Shown one piece after another: positions 40,905 to 56,139 of a DNA stretch of 64,000 nt (position 1 is the first letter of the stretch; each line of letters begins with the position of its first letter). A program made the translations under genes and the position numbers. The notes under the pieces are model-generated. The model searched no databases. It saw only the letters and a list, made by a program, of their open reading frames with translations, and was not told the DNA's origin. Source of the DNA: Octopus sinensis (taxonomy: Eukaryota); NCBI RefSeq assembly GCF_006345805.1, contig NC_042998.1, positions 185,876,001 through 185,940,000 of the forward strand, written 5' to 3'.

Positions 40905-41464
40905 ATGCCCTGATGCAGTACCAGACAGTGTCTCTCTGATCTTAACTGATTGGAAGTGTTATCATGTACATTGTTTTGTCTTGGTATAAAAGATGGGCTA
41001 CAGCAAATATTCTGCTCAATACCACAGATTTGCTTGTCATTTGTTTGACCTTAACCAGTTGAGCATGTCCCTTAGTGGCTGATGATATGTGCATCTCTGG
41101 TCACGAGCAGAAGTAGTGGGGGAGCATCATAGCCATGTGTTGAGAGGGATTCTTTGGGGTTTGAATAATTCACCTCTGAAAACAAGGGTGTTTCGTTCAA
41201 CATCCTTAAACAACCCTTATTCAGGGACCTTTTGAGCGGGATGGGTTATTCGACCAGAAGAAAATTCTAACTGGGCCCCACTTGCAAGGTCATGCGCTGT
41301 TTATCTTGATATGAGATCACCATGTCGCGCACATATGGTTGTGATGCATATGCCTAGTTTACCCTTATTAGACGGGTAGTCATGATGGGTAAACTGGGCT
41401 TCGTATATCTTACCCCATTGTCACTTTGATGGCATGCACTGCTCTCTCACTCAATAATAATAAT
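40905..41464 (+). mobile_element. Unclassified non-coding repeat X with (TAA)n tail (copy 1)
   Basis: Clearly homologous to 56851-57361; both end CTCACTCAATAATAATAAT; no ORF. Confidence 0.8.
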
Positions 41465-41465
41465 A

Positions 41466-42281
41466 TTGAGAGACCAACAACGGATTACTACCTCCCACTT
41501 TGAAGGGCATGCGTTTGCAATCCAGGAACAGGAAATACCAACCAAATACCTGCGGCACAAAAGGGACAGAGATGCAGGAAAAACAATAAAATGACTTTGT
41601 GGAGTTAACACCGAAGATATCACCTACCTCATAAGCAGCTGTCCAAAAATGTCACCACAGTACTATTTACCGATGAGACATGTTGTTGCTAGGACACTGT
41701 ATAACGAGATTCGTCGGAAGGATAACCCCGAGGACAAAGAAACAAGAACCCACAATATGGTGGAAGCCATAGCCACTCATAATAAGAAGGAGTACTGGTG
41801 GAATTTCCCAGTGAAAACCTCAATAAAATGTAAACACGATAGACCTAATACAATCATTTGGGACAGAGAAGAGAAACTGTGTACAGCTGTGGAAATCAGC
41901 TGCCCAGCGGATGTTAATATAAAGCTGACGATCAGTGAAATAGGGGACACCTATGCTGAGTTATTGAGAAATCTGCAGTTACTCTATCCAGATTACAAGT
42001 TCAGATTTATACCCGTAATTATTGGGGCACTGGGATATGTAACACTTTGTCTAAATACCAATCTTGAGAAATTAGGCTTCTAAAAACCTAAATAGAGAAA
42101 GCTGATACGAAGACTACAGGTCCAAGTCATCACTGTAACTGTAAAAATCTGTAAAACTTTCTCGACGTTTATCATTTAAGTATATATGAGCATTTAAGTA
42201 TTATTTAAGTATTATTGAGGTTTTCACTGGGAAATATGTAAGCATATGCATGAGAATACATACATGAAACAAAACCTACAA

Positions 42282-42355
<74 letters not shown>

Positions 42356-42565
42356 CATGCATACAAACATACATCTGTACATATATACAAACATCCATCC
42401 ATCCATCCATCCTCCATCCATCCATACATACATACATACATACATACTACATACATGCGTACGTACGTACATACCCTGATGGGGATGTAGAAATTCCAAT
42501 GAAGGAACCTTGGTTCTAGGTTTGAAACCAGCATTCTCTCCATTGGCAAAAAAAATTAAATAAAA
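41466..42565 (+). mobile_element. R4/Dong-type copy (family B): zinc-knuckle remnant, RLE, microsatellite-containing 3' UTR
   Basis: ..LISSCPKM..RHVVARTLY..YWWNFPVKTSIKCKHDRPNTIIWDREEKLCTAVEISCPAD..FIPVIIGALG; ends AAATAAAACTGAATAAT. Confidence 0.85.
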
Positions 42566-43023
42566 CTGAATAATGACATACATATATACACACACATACC
42601 TACATACATCCATACATACACGCACACACAAGAGCGCGCGCGCGAACACACACACATATTTAGTAGTGTGCCAAAATTACCATATGACTTTCGATATTCA
42701 AGCTATTTTTAAAGTGGCATAAATACGGAATCAGTAAGAAGAGCTACATATAGTAGTTGAAATATAGAGAGACAATAAGTCAATGATATTTGGAAAATTT
42801 CATTCCATACATTTCAATAATCTTTTACAGATGGTATTCCTCAGAGGAAGAATGTTCTATGAGGGCAGCTTTATATTTCGATATTTTGTTTTATCTAATG
42901 AATATGATCGACAAAAAATTATTGAAAGGCGTGTAAAGAATATTTTGAAATACCATTCACATGCTTTTGTCTGTGTTTCGACTATATATCTATATATATA
43001 CATATGCGTGCGTGTGTGTATAC

Positions 43024-43092
<69 letters not shown>

Positions 43093-43409
43093 TATATATA
43101 TGTGTGTGTGTGTGGTGTGTGTGTGTGTGTGTGTGGTGTGTGTGTGTGTTGGTGTTGTTAGAGAGAGAGAGAGAGAGAGGTGTGTGTGTGTGTGTGTGTC
43201 ATGTGACTATCTGATAGACCAAACAATTGGATTTTGTTATACAACGATTGTCACAATGCGCTTTGCATCATTTTAGCAGGTTAACATTCTCCTTGATCGG
43301 AAGCCAGTCGTCATAGGGTTACCCATTTACTGCTGAGTAGACTGGGAAAACGTGAAATGAGGTGCTTTGCTCAAGAACAGAATGCTTCAAACACACACAT
43401 ACCACAAGC

Positions 43410-43625
43410 TTCTTCCAGTATCCATCTACCAAATACACTCATAAATCTATGGTCGGTCCGATGCTATAGTAGAGGGCATGTGCTGAAGTTGCCACGCAGT
43501 GGGACTGACCCCAAAACCATGTGGTCTTACCGTTTTTTAAAGCCTAATACTTCGACTACCAGTTCCTTTTTGTCAAACTGCTGAGTTACGGAAACGTAAA
43601 CATATCAACACCAGATGTCAATCGA
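43410..43625 (-). mobile_element. Degenerate SINE-B
   Basis: GCCACGCAGTGGGACTGA head homology and tail remnants. Confidence 0.65.
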
Positions 43626-44096
43626 TGGTGGAGGACAAGCAAAAACTTACACATATACATACATACATACATACATACATACATACAGAGAAAAAATTTG
43701 TTTGCTTGTTATCAGTCGTAAGACACTTGTTGTTGTTTTCACCGTTAATGCTTCTGTATTTCATGTTTCTGTATTCCATTATTGTTTTTTTTTTTTTTTT
43801 TATATCTGTCCCTTTTGCTGTCCTGGTGTTCGTATGCATTCGATCCTTCTTCCAGAAATCTACGTTCCCAGCTTAGTTTTTCTAATGCTCGTTGCTTAGT
43901 TTTTCTTGGAGGGCTGGCCGTGATCTAGTAATCTCAAGATTAATCAGCCGAAATTACTACGATGATCCGGTTCTTGACTGAAGACTGAGGGTTTCGAATG
44001 TCCTGTCCGTGTTTATTGTGTCGTCTTCTAGAGGTTATACGTCTTGTCCATGTTGTATTTTTCTACATACCTTAATTTAATATATATATATATATA

Positions 44097-44149
<53 letters not shown>

Positions 44150-44165
44150 TATATATTATATAGTA

Positions 44166-44216
<51 letters not shown>

Positions 44217-44256
44217 ATATAATATATATATATATAGATATATATATATATATATG

Positions 44257-44488
44257 AAAGGCGGTGAGCTGGCAGAAACGTTAGCACGCCGGGCGAAATG
44301 CGTAGCCGTATTTCGTCTGCCGCTACGTTCTGAGTTCAAATTCCGCCGAGGTCGACTTTCTTTCATCCTTTCGGGGTCGATAAATTAAGTACCAGTTACG
44401 CACTGGGATCGATGTAATCGACTTAACCCATTTGTCTGTCCTTGTTTGTCCCCTCTGTGTTTAGCCCCTTGTGGGTAGTAAAGAAATA
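44257..44488 (+). mobile_element. SINE-A long-tail, full length, in (TA)n
   Basis: Complete head, core and tail. Confidence 0.92.
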
Positions 44489-44491
44489 TAC

Positions 44492-44525
<34 letters not shown>

Positions 44526-44984
44526 ATGCCCAAGAATTTCATTTTTATCCTACTTGGCGTAATTTACCTCGGTTCGTCGACCCTGCTGCAAAGGATGGTT
44601 TTGGGGATACTGACTTACAATGGCTAAGTTGATTTATTCAATACCACCGCAATAAGTCTCTTACTCTTATTCAGGGATCAGCTTTCAATATTCAGCTGTA
44701 AACGCTTAACTTTGTCGCTAATGCTATTGCGAGAGAGAGAGAGAAAAAAAGATGTGTCCCTTAATTTCATTTCCGTACCACAATATCTGATAACTTGTGC
44801 CTATCAATATTAAATATTAATGAAATGAGATAATCGGCTATTCAGCTGTAACGAGTTAATCTTTCTCAAGTAAAGAATTTACTATTTACTTACAACTCTA
44901 CATCATAGAATTGACGATTCGTAAGCGAGAAAAAAACAGAAAAATATGAAATTTCAACAATTAAGAATTGTGCTCTTTGTGTGT

Positions 44985-45031
<47 letters not shown>

Positions 45032-45277
45032 TGTGAGTGTGTGTGTGTGTGTGTGTGTACAAGGAATTACACTAAGTGGGCGTTTATAAATTTCGGTCCA
45101 GCTTGAGACTAGAGAATTTACACAGATTTTTATGTCACTTAGTTTAGTAGATAAGCGGTAGTAGATGCTTTTTCTGCACAAATACCAACCAATCTGCTCA
45201 GCAGAATAGATTGAAAGGATTAAGAAAGGGAATTAATTGAAACTCGTTATCGCTTCCATGTTATCACGGTTGCTCAG

Positions 45278-45338
45278 ATTACAAATCAGGAGTCGTCTGA
45301 GCACACCGTATCCACACGAAAAGAAACCAAGTGGAATC
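45278..45338 (+). CDS. Candidate coding exon (1 nt + LQIRSRLSTPYPHEKKPSGI)
   Basis: Acceptor ..TTATCACGGTTGCTCAG, donor ATC/GTAAGA; phase compatible with the 19869-19951 exon. Weak. Confidence 0.3.
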
Positions 45339-45449
45339 GTAAGAAATGAGAACAACATTTACAGGAAAAGACTGTAAAGATGGCAGCTAATAGCTTGAAA
45401 AGGAAAGGTGGGAGGGGGAAACTAATATATATATCGCTCTCTCATATAT

Positions 45450-45451
45450 TA

Positions 45452-45485
<34 letters not shown>

Positions 45486-45606
45486 CGATGATGATGATGA
45501 CGATAATGATGATGATGATGATGATGACGACGACGACGATGACGATGATGATGATGACGATGACGATGATGATGATGATGACGATGATGATGACGATGAT
45601 GATGAC

Positions 45607-45638
<32 letters not shown>

Positions 45639-45751
45639 CGATGATGATGACGATGATGACGATGATGATGACGATGATGATGACGATGATGATGACGATA
45701 ATGATGATGACGATAATGATGATGATGGCAATGATAACGGACACGAAGACG

Positions 45752-45786
<35 letters not shown>

Positions 45787-45838
45787 TAATAATAATAATA
45801 TAATAATAATAATAATAATGATGATGATAATAATAATC
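45450..45838. repeat. (TGA/CGA)n then (TAA)n
   Basis: Direct reading. Confidence 0.95.
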
Positions 45839-46318
45839 CTTTTAAACACATGTCCCGGCAATTTTATTTTCATAAGCTCGCCTTTTCTTCACATATGGCC
45901 TGGCATATGTAAAAGCTAGAAGAATGGACCGAAATGTCTGCATTACGTAGCATTCATAAAAAGACAAGTAGCTGGCGATTCTGTAGTAAAGCACAGACAG
46001 AAACTGCGCATGATTATCTGATGCCGTGTGAATGGAAATGAGCAAGGCAAGTAATGCGTGTATGGTGCTGAAGAGGGAAGGAAAAATGGAGAGAAAGGAG
46101 AGATGGGGAGATGGGGATATGGAGCGATGGAGGGTGTGATAGCAGAGAAGGGAGATATGAATTATATCTTGACCTTTGGATTAGTCATTTGGCTTTGTTG
46201 ATATCGTTGTTGCTGTTGTTGTAAATAGTTTTATGAAGTAAAGATATATGCAGAAAACACTGATGTGGGACAGCCTTTAGATGTATTTTGTATGTTTCAA
46301 TGAAAACGAGAAGGGAAG

Positions 46319-46353
<35 letters not shown>

Positions 46354-46645
46354 TGAAGGGTGTGTTGAGCGTGTATGCATTGAGTAATTCGATTTAGTCT
46401 AATGTAGAAGAGCAGTGTGAAGTGTAGTGTGATACATTAGTGAAATATTAAGAAAGGCAAAAATGAGAAGTGTAGAGTAATATATCGTAAAGGCATGACT
46501 GGTTGGAGTGATTGAAATATTTTTATGCTTCAATTAGACATTTATGCTTCAAGTCCGAAATTATTTAATACTTCAATGTTTCAGGGCGATGGATTGGCAT
46601 AACCGTTAGGGCATCAGACAAATAGACAGCGGTATTTAGTTACGG

Positions 46646-46876
46646 GCGGCGAGCTGGCAGAAACTTTAGCACGCCGGGCGAAATGCTTAACAAAATTTCG
46701 TCTGCCGCTCCGTTCTGAGTTCAAATTCCGCCGAGGTCGACTTTGCCTTTCATCCTTTTGGGGTCGATAAATTAAGTACCAGTTACGCACTAGGGGTCGA
46801 TATAATCGACTTAATCCGTTTGTCTGTCCTTGTTTGTCCTCTCTGTGTTTAGCCCCTTGTGAGTAGTAAAGAAATA
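46646..46876 (+). mobile_element. Young SINE-A long-tail inserted into an old SINE-A (about 46585-46960)
   Basis: 15-bp TSD GGTATTTAGTTACGG at 46631-46645 and 46877-46891. Confidence 0.92.
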
Positions 46877-47546
46877 GGTATTTAGTTACGGTATTCCACG
46901 TTTTGTGTTCAATTCCTGTTGAGGTCAATTTTGCATTTCATTCTCCCAGAGTCAATAATTTAAGATACCAATCTAGTACTTGTGGTGTAATTTAATTGAA
47001 AACCGTGTTGTCTTGTGCTGCCAATGTTTGAAATCAATATTACAATGTTTCAGACATGACCGGGTAGTTAAGAATCCGTTTTACAACCATGTGATTCCCG
47101 GACAATCCACTGCAGCCACCACCATGGGTAAATGTCTTCTATTGTAGCCTCGGGTTAATCAACGTCTTGTTAATGGGATTTAGTAAATGGAAACCGAATA
47201 GAGTGCAACATACATACCTACATACATACATACATACATACATACATGCATACATACATACATACATACATACATACCTACATACATACATACATACATA
47301 CATACATACACACATACATACATATATAGATACATACTTACATACACACATACATGCATACATACATACACACATATATACTCGCATACATACACACATA
47401 CATACATACATACATACATACATACATACATACATGCATACATAAATACATACATACATATGCATACATACATACATACATACATAATGCATACATACAT
47501 ACATACATACACACATATATACACGCATACATACATACATACATAC

Positions 47547-47577
<31 letters not shown>

Positions 47578-47626
47578 AATGCATACATAAATACATACAT
47601 ACATACATACATGCATACATACATAC

Positions 47627-48115
47627 AACTCAAGGAATACTGCTGGAATATTCCCATCAAAACTTCTATCAAACGTAAACATAGCAGACCGGATATTGCT
47701 GTTTTGGACAGAGGGGCAAAGGTATGTATCATCACAGAGGTCAGCTGCCCTGCAGATATAAATATCTCTTTGAAAATCGAAGAAAAAGAGGCTGTCTATG
47801 GGCAACTGATTTGAAACCTCCAGCTTCTATATCCAGACTATGAATTGATATTCATACCAGTAATAATTGGAGCACTAGGTTTTTTAGTAAATGCTTAAGG
47901 GAGAATCTGGATTAACCGGGATTGTCAGAAAGAGAAATCGACCGGCTAATGCGTAAAAATTACAAGTGCAATCTGTGAGTGGAACTGTAAAAATATGCAA
48001 GAATTTTCTCAAGTTCCAAATTTGAATTTGTCTGTGTTAACTACATCTCAAAGATGGAGCCTTGTATCTTTGTTGGAAACCAGTTCCCTACTCGGTGGAA
48101 GATTTATAATAATTA
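47627..48115 (+). mobile_element. R4/Dong-type 3' fragment (family B)
   Basis: EYCWNIPIKTSIKRKHSRPDIAVLDRGAKVCIITEVSCPAD..KEAVYGQLI. Confidence 0.85.
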
Positions 48116-48237
48116 AAAAATAGAAGAGATATGCATGCATGCATGCATACATACATACATACATACATACATACATACATACATACACAAATATATATAT
48201 ATATATATATATAATATATATATATATTATATATATA

Positions 48238-48287
<50 letters not shown>

Positions 48288-48370
48288 ATATACATATGTG
48301 TGTATGTACATATGTATTTATATATATATATGTGTGTGTGATATATATATATATACGCTTGCATATAGAA

Positions 48371-48456
<86 letters not shown>

Positions 48457-48909
48457 ATATATAATATATATATATATATACATACATACATATATGTATG
48501 CATGTATGTATGTATATACATATATATGTATATATGCATACACATACACATACACACAGACATATTTGTATGCGCGTACTGATATATCATCGCCTATTTC
48601 ATATCTTCGTTTATGTCAACAGAAAAGTGTGTTCAATGCGTTAGCAGATTGTAATCTTATACTCTGTTATACAAGCAAGAAGAATAACACTCGGAATGAA
48701 ATAAATATTAAAACAAACATGAACCTTGATTTACCTCGCACCTAAAATCATAAGTTTCGAGTGCTATCATAAACGGTTTCACCGGTATAATAAGACAAAG
48801 AGTAGCTACGCGTGGCAATAGATGATAAAATGCCATATTATCACTGTTTTATGGCGTGGACATAACACTGTTAGAATTATTAGATATTTTATTTGCATTT
48901 TTGTATTTA

Positions 48910-49126
48910 CGAAGACGTGCTCGAAAATGCCTGGCTTTAGTTAAAAGAAAATACAGGGAGATCAGTTAATTATGATTTTATTCAATATATTCCCCGCTCA
49001 GATTCACACACTTATTGCAGCGGTCCCACAGTTTTTCTAAACTTTGTAACAGAAATCGGAAAGCTGGACCTCCAACCAGGCCTTTCGCGACTTTCTCAAA
49101 GCCATGAACTTTTCAGCACCCCACTC
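48910..49126 (-). mobile_element. Mariner-derived MITE retaining the transposase C-terminus
   Basis: Degenerate TIRs (CGAAGACGTGCTCGAAAATGCC / GAACTTTTCAGCACCCACTCG); minus frame LEKLWDRCNKCVNLSGEYIE*. Confidence 0.7.
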
Positions 49127-49971
49127 GCATAATCCCGACAAAAGTACCCAATACGGTTCGTAATACAGTTTGTAATGCTGAAAATGAATAGCAGTGAAAT
49201 CTTGTGAATAACCTAGCGGTCAAACGTTGATAAAATGGTTGTACACTGGTCAAGCAATACGGTATTAATAACTGACTAGTGGGACCCATGAATATTTCAC
49301 GGATTTAATGGTAAACCTATTGGGTTATTTCTAAAACCTTTATTTAGAAAACCTGAAAGCGAACCCTGTGCTGTGTCTCTATCGAAAGATAGTTGCTCAT
49401 CTGCAATTCATTGAAAAGTGAAGGAAACTGGAATACGATGATTACTTAATGCACTTTATATATATACTTTATATACTTTATTCATAATTCTATATATATA
49501 ATACACAGCACTCATAGAATAAATGTTCACTCTTACTTTTCCATTTTTCCTATTAACAAAAAACAAAATTACGTTATAAAATATATATGGCCACAGTTTC
49601 ATACCTAGAAAGCAAAGCTTTTATGGTAAAACATTATTTTTGATGTAAAATATTGGGGTCACTATTTCACAGGGGTAAAAATTTAATGCAACGTGGCAAC
49701 ACTCTGAAAATCACCTCGTTTGTAACATATAAGCCACTACGATGGGTCAGAGCCAATACATGTTTCAATTTGCGTACACCTTTCAATTCGCCGCCGCCGC
49801 CGCCACCACCACCACCACCACCACCACCACCATCCCTCTGCTAAAATTGTACTCCTAACTCTCCTCCTCTTTATCACTACTAATTAATCGTTAGTACACG
49901 TGGTATCGGATGACCAGTTTATCATCCTCCTCCTCCTCCTGCTCCTCCTCCACCTCCTCCTCATCATCATC

Positions 49972-50165
49972 AAAATGCTGAACGACATTTCGTCCGACTT
50001 TACGTTCTGAATTCAAATTCTGTTGAGGTCGACTTAACCTTTCATCCTTTCGGGGGTCAATAAAATATGTACCAGTTGAACACTGGGGGGGGGGGGGGTC
50101 AATGTAATCGACTAGCCACCTCCCTTCAAATTTCAGGCCTTGTGCCTATAATAGAAAAAATTCTT
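49972..50165 (+). mobile_element. SINE-A short-tail, 5'-truncated
   Basis: Core homology and ..TTTCAGGCCTTGTGCC tail. Confidence 0.85.
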
Positions 50166-51043
50166 CTTATTATTATTATTATTGGCTTGTGAATGTAAGA
50201 AAGTCTCCTCCTCCTTATCGACATTATAGCTTGAGTAAATTGATGCATGGCTTATTCTATAAACCTTCAGAAATATGGTTGTGAGACAACACGACAATGT
50301 TTGCGAGGCAGAAATGACTGTTGAACTGTAAAGATTTTAGAGTGCAATGATAGTTAGATTCTAATCATTATTAATCATGTAATTTTGCTCAGAATGCTTT
50401 GAATCTCAGACTGCGATAACTTCTAAATTGTTAGCAATTATTAAATTACAACGGTGCATACTACTATAAGGTGGATGCTTGCCATAAATTTAAAACTCCA
50501 ATCACTTAAGATAGCTACGTCTTACCCCTTTATACGTCTCATCCATTAAAAGCCTCTTAAGAAATCAAACTCTAAGAAGGAACGAAATCTTGGAGTGCAG
50601 AAACATCGCCTCATCAGTCGGTGACAGGAAAGGGGATAATCATATTAATAGAATGGCATTGATTTAAAATTATTTCTGCTTCTTTACTGATATAGCGCTA
50701 AATTATTCAGAGTGTTATGGACTCTTAGCATTAGAGTAAGGTTCGTGTAAACCAGTATCAACAGCAGAAGAAATAGAAGCAGCAATAACGACAACGAAAT
50801 TAACAGTTTATAACTCGAGAGTCACCGAGGACATAAGCGATGTAGTGCATATATTTTCGGTAAGAATCGAAACGGGCTGGAGACTTGGTTCACCGTTGTT
50901 TTACTGTAACAATTAAACGCCCGTCATCATAAAAACGATTCTAATAATACAACTATGATAATTAGATGATGATGATATCGGTTGTGATTATGGTAATGGG
51001 AATGAAAAGAGGACTTTTTTATATCACCAAATATAATAATAAT

Positions 51044-51085
<42 letters not shown>

Positions 51086-51088
51086 AAC

Positions 51089-51133
<45 letters not shown>

Positions 51134-51136
<3 letters not shown>

Positions 51137-52200
51137 TTACAAAGCCTTACCTACAATAATATCGCAGAGAATGAGCGAATATCTGGCAGAAAATAACTTC
51201 TTTCCAGAAGAGCAGAAGGGGCGCTGTAAAAATTAGTTATTGATCAATAAAGCCATAACTGCAGACAACCAAAGCCAAAAGAAAGATCTAAGCAATGCTT
51301 GGATCGATTATCGAAAGGTTTTTGACAGTATTCTCCATACATAGATCATAGAAACACTAGCCATGAACAAGGTAGCATCAATAATAATAAAATATATAAA
51401 ATATTTCCATGAATAAATGGTAAACAGAGTTGTAGCTTCAGACAAAAGAAAGACTCATAAAAATTAAACTCATCCCTATTAGAAGAGGAATATTTCAAGG
51501 AAACTCGTTCTGTCCTCCCTTTTCCAGCTCGGCACTGACGCCTTTAACTGACATGCTAAACAGAACTGGATGTGGATACAACTGCTAGTAAGACAATCAA
51601 CCACCTTTTGTATATGGATGATCTAAAACTGTATGCTGCAAATGATAAATGACTGGAAACATTACTACAGATAATGCATGGATTTGCCAAAGAAATAAAC
51701 ATGAAATTCGGCTTTAAAAAATGTGCCAAAGCAACCTTGAAAAGAGGAAAGCTAGTTAATGGTAATAATATCGCACTAGATAAAACAAATGAAATAAGAG
51801 GATTAGACCAAAGCCAGACATACAAATACTTAGGAATCAATGAACTAGATACCGTGCAACGGACACGAATGAAAGAGAAGATACGGAAAGAATACTATAG
51901 ACGAGTTAGGAAATAGAGATAACCCGAATGTGGAGTCTAAAAATAAACAATCTCTATGATAATAGGTGCATTAGGTATGATTAAAAAACATTCAGACAAA
52001 TACATAACCAAAACACCAGAACTTACGAATATATATATAACATACAGAAAATAGCACTACTAGCACCGGACACATCCAACTTAAAGCACTTTCAATACAG
52101 TGAAAATAAGAGCACCTCAACAAACCACAGTACATACCCAAGGCACACAAAGCTGCGCTCGGTAGTGCAGTGAAAGCATGTGATAAAAATAGAGCTACAG
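51134..52200 (+). mobile_element. R4/Dong-type copy (family A), RT fused to RLE end by deletion, flanked by (TAA)n
   Basis: RGIFQG, LLYMDDLKLY, QTYKYLG..EYYRRVR, jump to IIGALGMIKK; 3' UTR shared with 27006 copy. Confidence 0.9.
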
Positions 52201-52237
52201 AATAATAATAGTAATAATAATAATAATAATAATAATG

Positions 52238-52319
<82 letters not shown>

Positions 52320-52418
52320 TGATATGATGATGATGATGATGATGATGACGACGACGACGACAATGATGATGATGATACTACTACTACTACTACTAATACT
52401 ACTACTACTACTACTACC

Positions 52419-52473
<55 letters not shown>

Positions 52474-52490
52474 TTTATAATAATAATAAT

Positions 52491-53276
<786 letters not shown>

Positions 53277-53611
53277 ATGATGATGATGATTTGAGCACAA
53301 AGCCAGCAGTTTTGGGGGAAGGAGTTTAATCGATACTAGCCACTTCACTAGCCTTTTTGTTTATCTCCCACCCCACAAAATGATGAAAGGCAAAGTTGAC
53401 CAAGGTGGGATTTGACCGCAGGATGTACAAAGCTGGAAGAAATACCACAATATGTTTCTTCCGCAATTGTGCGAAGAAGGAGATAATCAACTGTACCATC
53501 CCCAGTATTTTCTTGATACTTTATTTTATCGACCCCGAAGTAATAGAATATAAATTCAGACCTCGACAGAACTCAGAATGTAGAATCGAAAGAAACAACG
53601 ATAATAATTAC

Positions 53612-53945
53612 TCTTTTTTACTCTTTTACTTGTTTCAGTCATTTGACTGTGACCATGCTGGAGCACCGCCTTTAGTCGAGCAAATCGACCTCAGGACTTA
53701 TTCTTTGTAAGCCTAGTACTTATTCTATCGGTCTCTTTTGCCGAACCGCTAAGTTACGGGGATGTAAACACACCAGTATCGGTTGTCGAGCAATGTTGGG
53801 AGAACAAACATAGACACACAAACATATACACACACACATCGGCCCGTAGCTATAGTAGAAGACACTTGCCCAAGGTGCCACGCAGTGGGACTGAACCCGG
53901 AACCATGTGGTTGGTAAGCAAGCTACTTACCACACAGCACTCCTA
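53612..53945 (-). mobile_element. SINE-B with internal deletion
   Basis: Head and tail present; TTTGGTAGACGGAAAC segment missing. Confidence 0.88.
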
Positions 53946-54029
53946 TGTCTATTGTTTCTAATTTAGAGACAAGAGCTGCAATTTAGCTAGGGTACTAAGG
54001 TTAGTCGAGTACATTGACCGCAGTATTAT

Positions 54030-56080
54030 TTGGCAATAGTTTACTGTATCAACCACGACAGGATGAGGGTATTTGAGCATATCTGGAAGGTTATTAATGC
54101 TGAAATAAACGTAACGTTGGATTCCATCAAACAAAGTAACTTAAGGAGATACATTTTCAAAACTGATATAATTTTCAAAATCATATCAGGACTCTTCACG
54201 GAACGACTGACCAACAAACCTGAATAAAGAAAATAAAACTAAAAAATACGGACGAAAGGGAATGAAGAATATTTACGGTTAGAAAAAAATCTAAATAAGG
54301 AAATGATAATCATGAAAATAATCTAAAAGTAGAAATGATTAAAGAATTAAAATCGACAGAAGAAATTCGTATGGACCAACGGAAGTAATTCCCAAGAACA
54401 GAGTTCAACGATGACATAACATTGCAAATCTTTTCATCGCAGACTTAATATGAAAGCGTATCATTCTGCTCAATATGAAAAGAGTAATACATACTTTGAA
54501 TCTGAAGTATATAAAAAAGCACTCGAGCATCGATAACTTAAGAAAAATATATAAAGTAGTAGTAAAGAAGGTGGGCACTCTTTCAGATCTACTCACATAG
54601 AAATATCAAAACTTTAGTAAACAACGTGGAACACAGCTATAGAGAAAGGAAAACAAATGAAATCAATAATGGAAAAACAAAACTGAAAGAGAAAAAGAAA
54701 GACAAATACTACGAAAATATAACATATAAAATGAGGTACTCGAAATAAAAGAATGTCTGAAACAAGAAATCATCGCCAAATCGCAAAGATTATGTTGATA
54801 ATAAAAACGACAATGATTCTTTGGACAACGCAAAGGGTTCGGCTCCAACCCAAAACAATTGAGCAAGAAGTCGCTTGCAATAAATAGAAATCAATAACAC
54901 TAGCAGCTAGTGAAGTAGAATTCTGGAGAGAAATAAATACGCAAAGCAAAGGAATTACCTTCACAGTGCGTATTGAAATTGTTCAACATAGCAAATGCAG
55001 CTGCTGAACAATCTAGACTATATCAATGCATGAAGTAACCTAGATGCCACAAAAAAGGCACCATCCCCCATCAATAGGAAGACACTTGGAAAGGATAAGA
55101 TGAAAAACCTCTAGTTGAAATGTTTAAAGGGACATGATACCGAAAAACCATAATAAAAAAAATGAAGGATCCAGAGACTACACAATGAGAAGAAAAATCA
55201 CCTTAAACACCAGAAGGGTAGAATGATGCTGCAAGGTTCATCTGGTAAAGATCGATTATTGATTAACTAAAGCTTTAACCAAAGACTGAACGAGAAGCAA
55301 GACAGAGATGAGTATAGAATGGAATAACTACCAGAAGTATTTTAGCAGTGTTCCTCGCTTGTGGATTCTGAAAATAGCTATGAGTAAGGTAGCACCAATG
55401 ATAGGCAGTGACTTGATCTGAAACTGCGTATTGAAACAGAAATAACTGAACCGTGAAAGAAGCAATTAATAACACAAAGCTTTTAATTCAAATTTATTTC
55501 ATGAGGCGTTAAAATTTTCATCGTACAACGTGCGACCTATTCATCGATACAATTTCACTATAACACAGAAAAAACCTCCAAGTGCAGAGTCCATGATGCC
55601 CATGATGAAACAATTGACCATAACGTATCTAGATGCCCAACCTGGGCTGCAATCGAAAATAAAGCTAGACACGACATAATTGGCCAATAAATTCGTTGGA
55701 TTTTGTGCAAAAGCTTCGATGCTGAACATGCGGGAAGCTAGTATGAATACCAACCTAAAACAGTTGTCGAATGTATCGGCATTATTATCCTTTAAGATTT
55801 TACAGTACATACTGTTCGCACAATGAATACCAACAACCCAGATATTATTCGAGACAAGGCACCAAAAAACAGAGCTGACAACTCAAATATATGTCAATGG
55901 TAAGGAATATGATAAACTTGCCAAGTATTAAGACCTTGAAACTGAAATAAGCAGGATGTGGCGCCTAAAAAAGGAAACAATTCTAGGTGTAATTGGAGCG
56001 CTAAAATTAAAAACAAAAAACCTTGTGGTTTCCTTAAAAAATCCCAGGAAAACCTATCATATATGAAATAAAGAAACGGA
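54030..56080 (+). mobile_element. Old, deleted R4/Dong-type LINE (family E)
   Basis: NLRRYIFK; KQEIIAKSQRL; QKG..GKDRLLIN; SRCP..ARHD..WILCK; NPDII; KLAKY*DLETEISRMWRL. Confidence 0.7.
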
Positions 56081-56139
56081 ACTAAACAATAAAGCTCACG
56101 CTCTAGTTCTTGTCCTTGTAATCTCTAATTTAATCTCAT

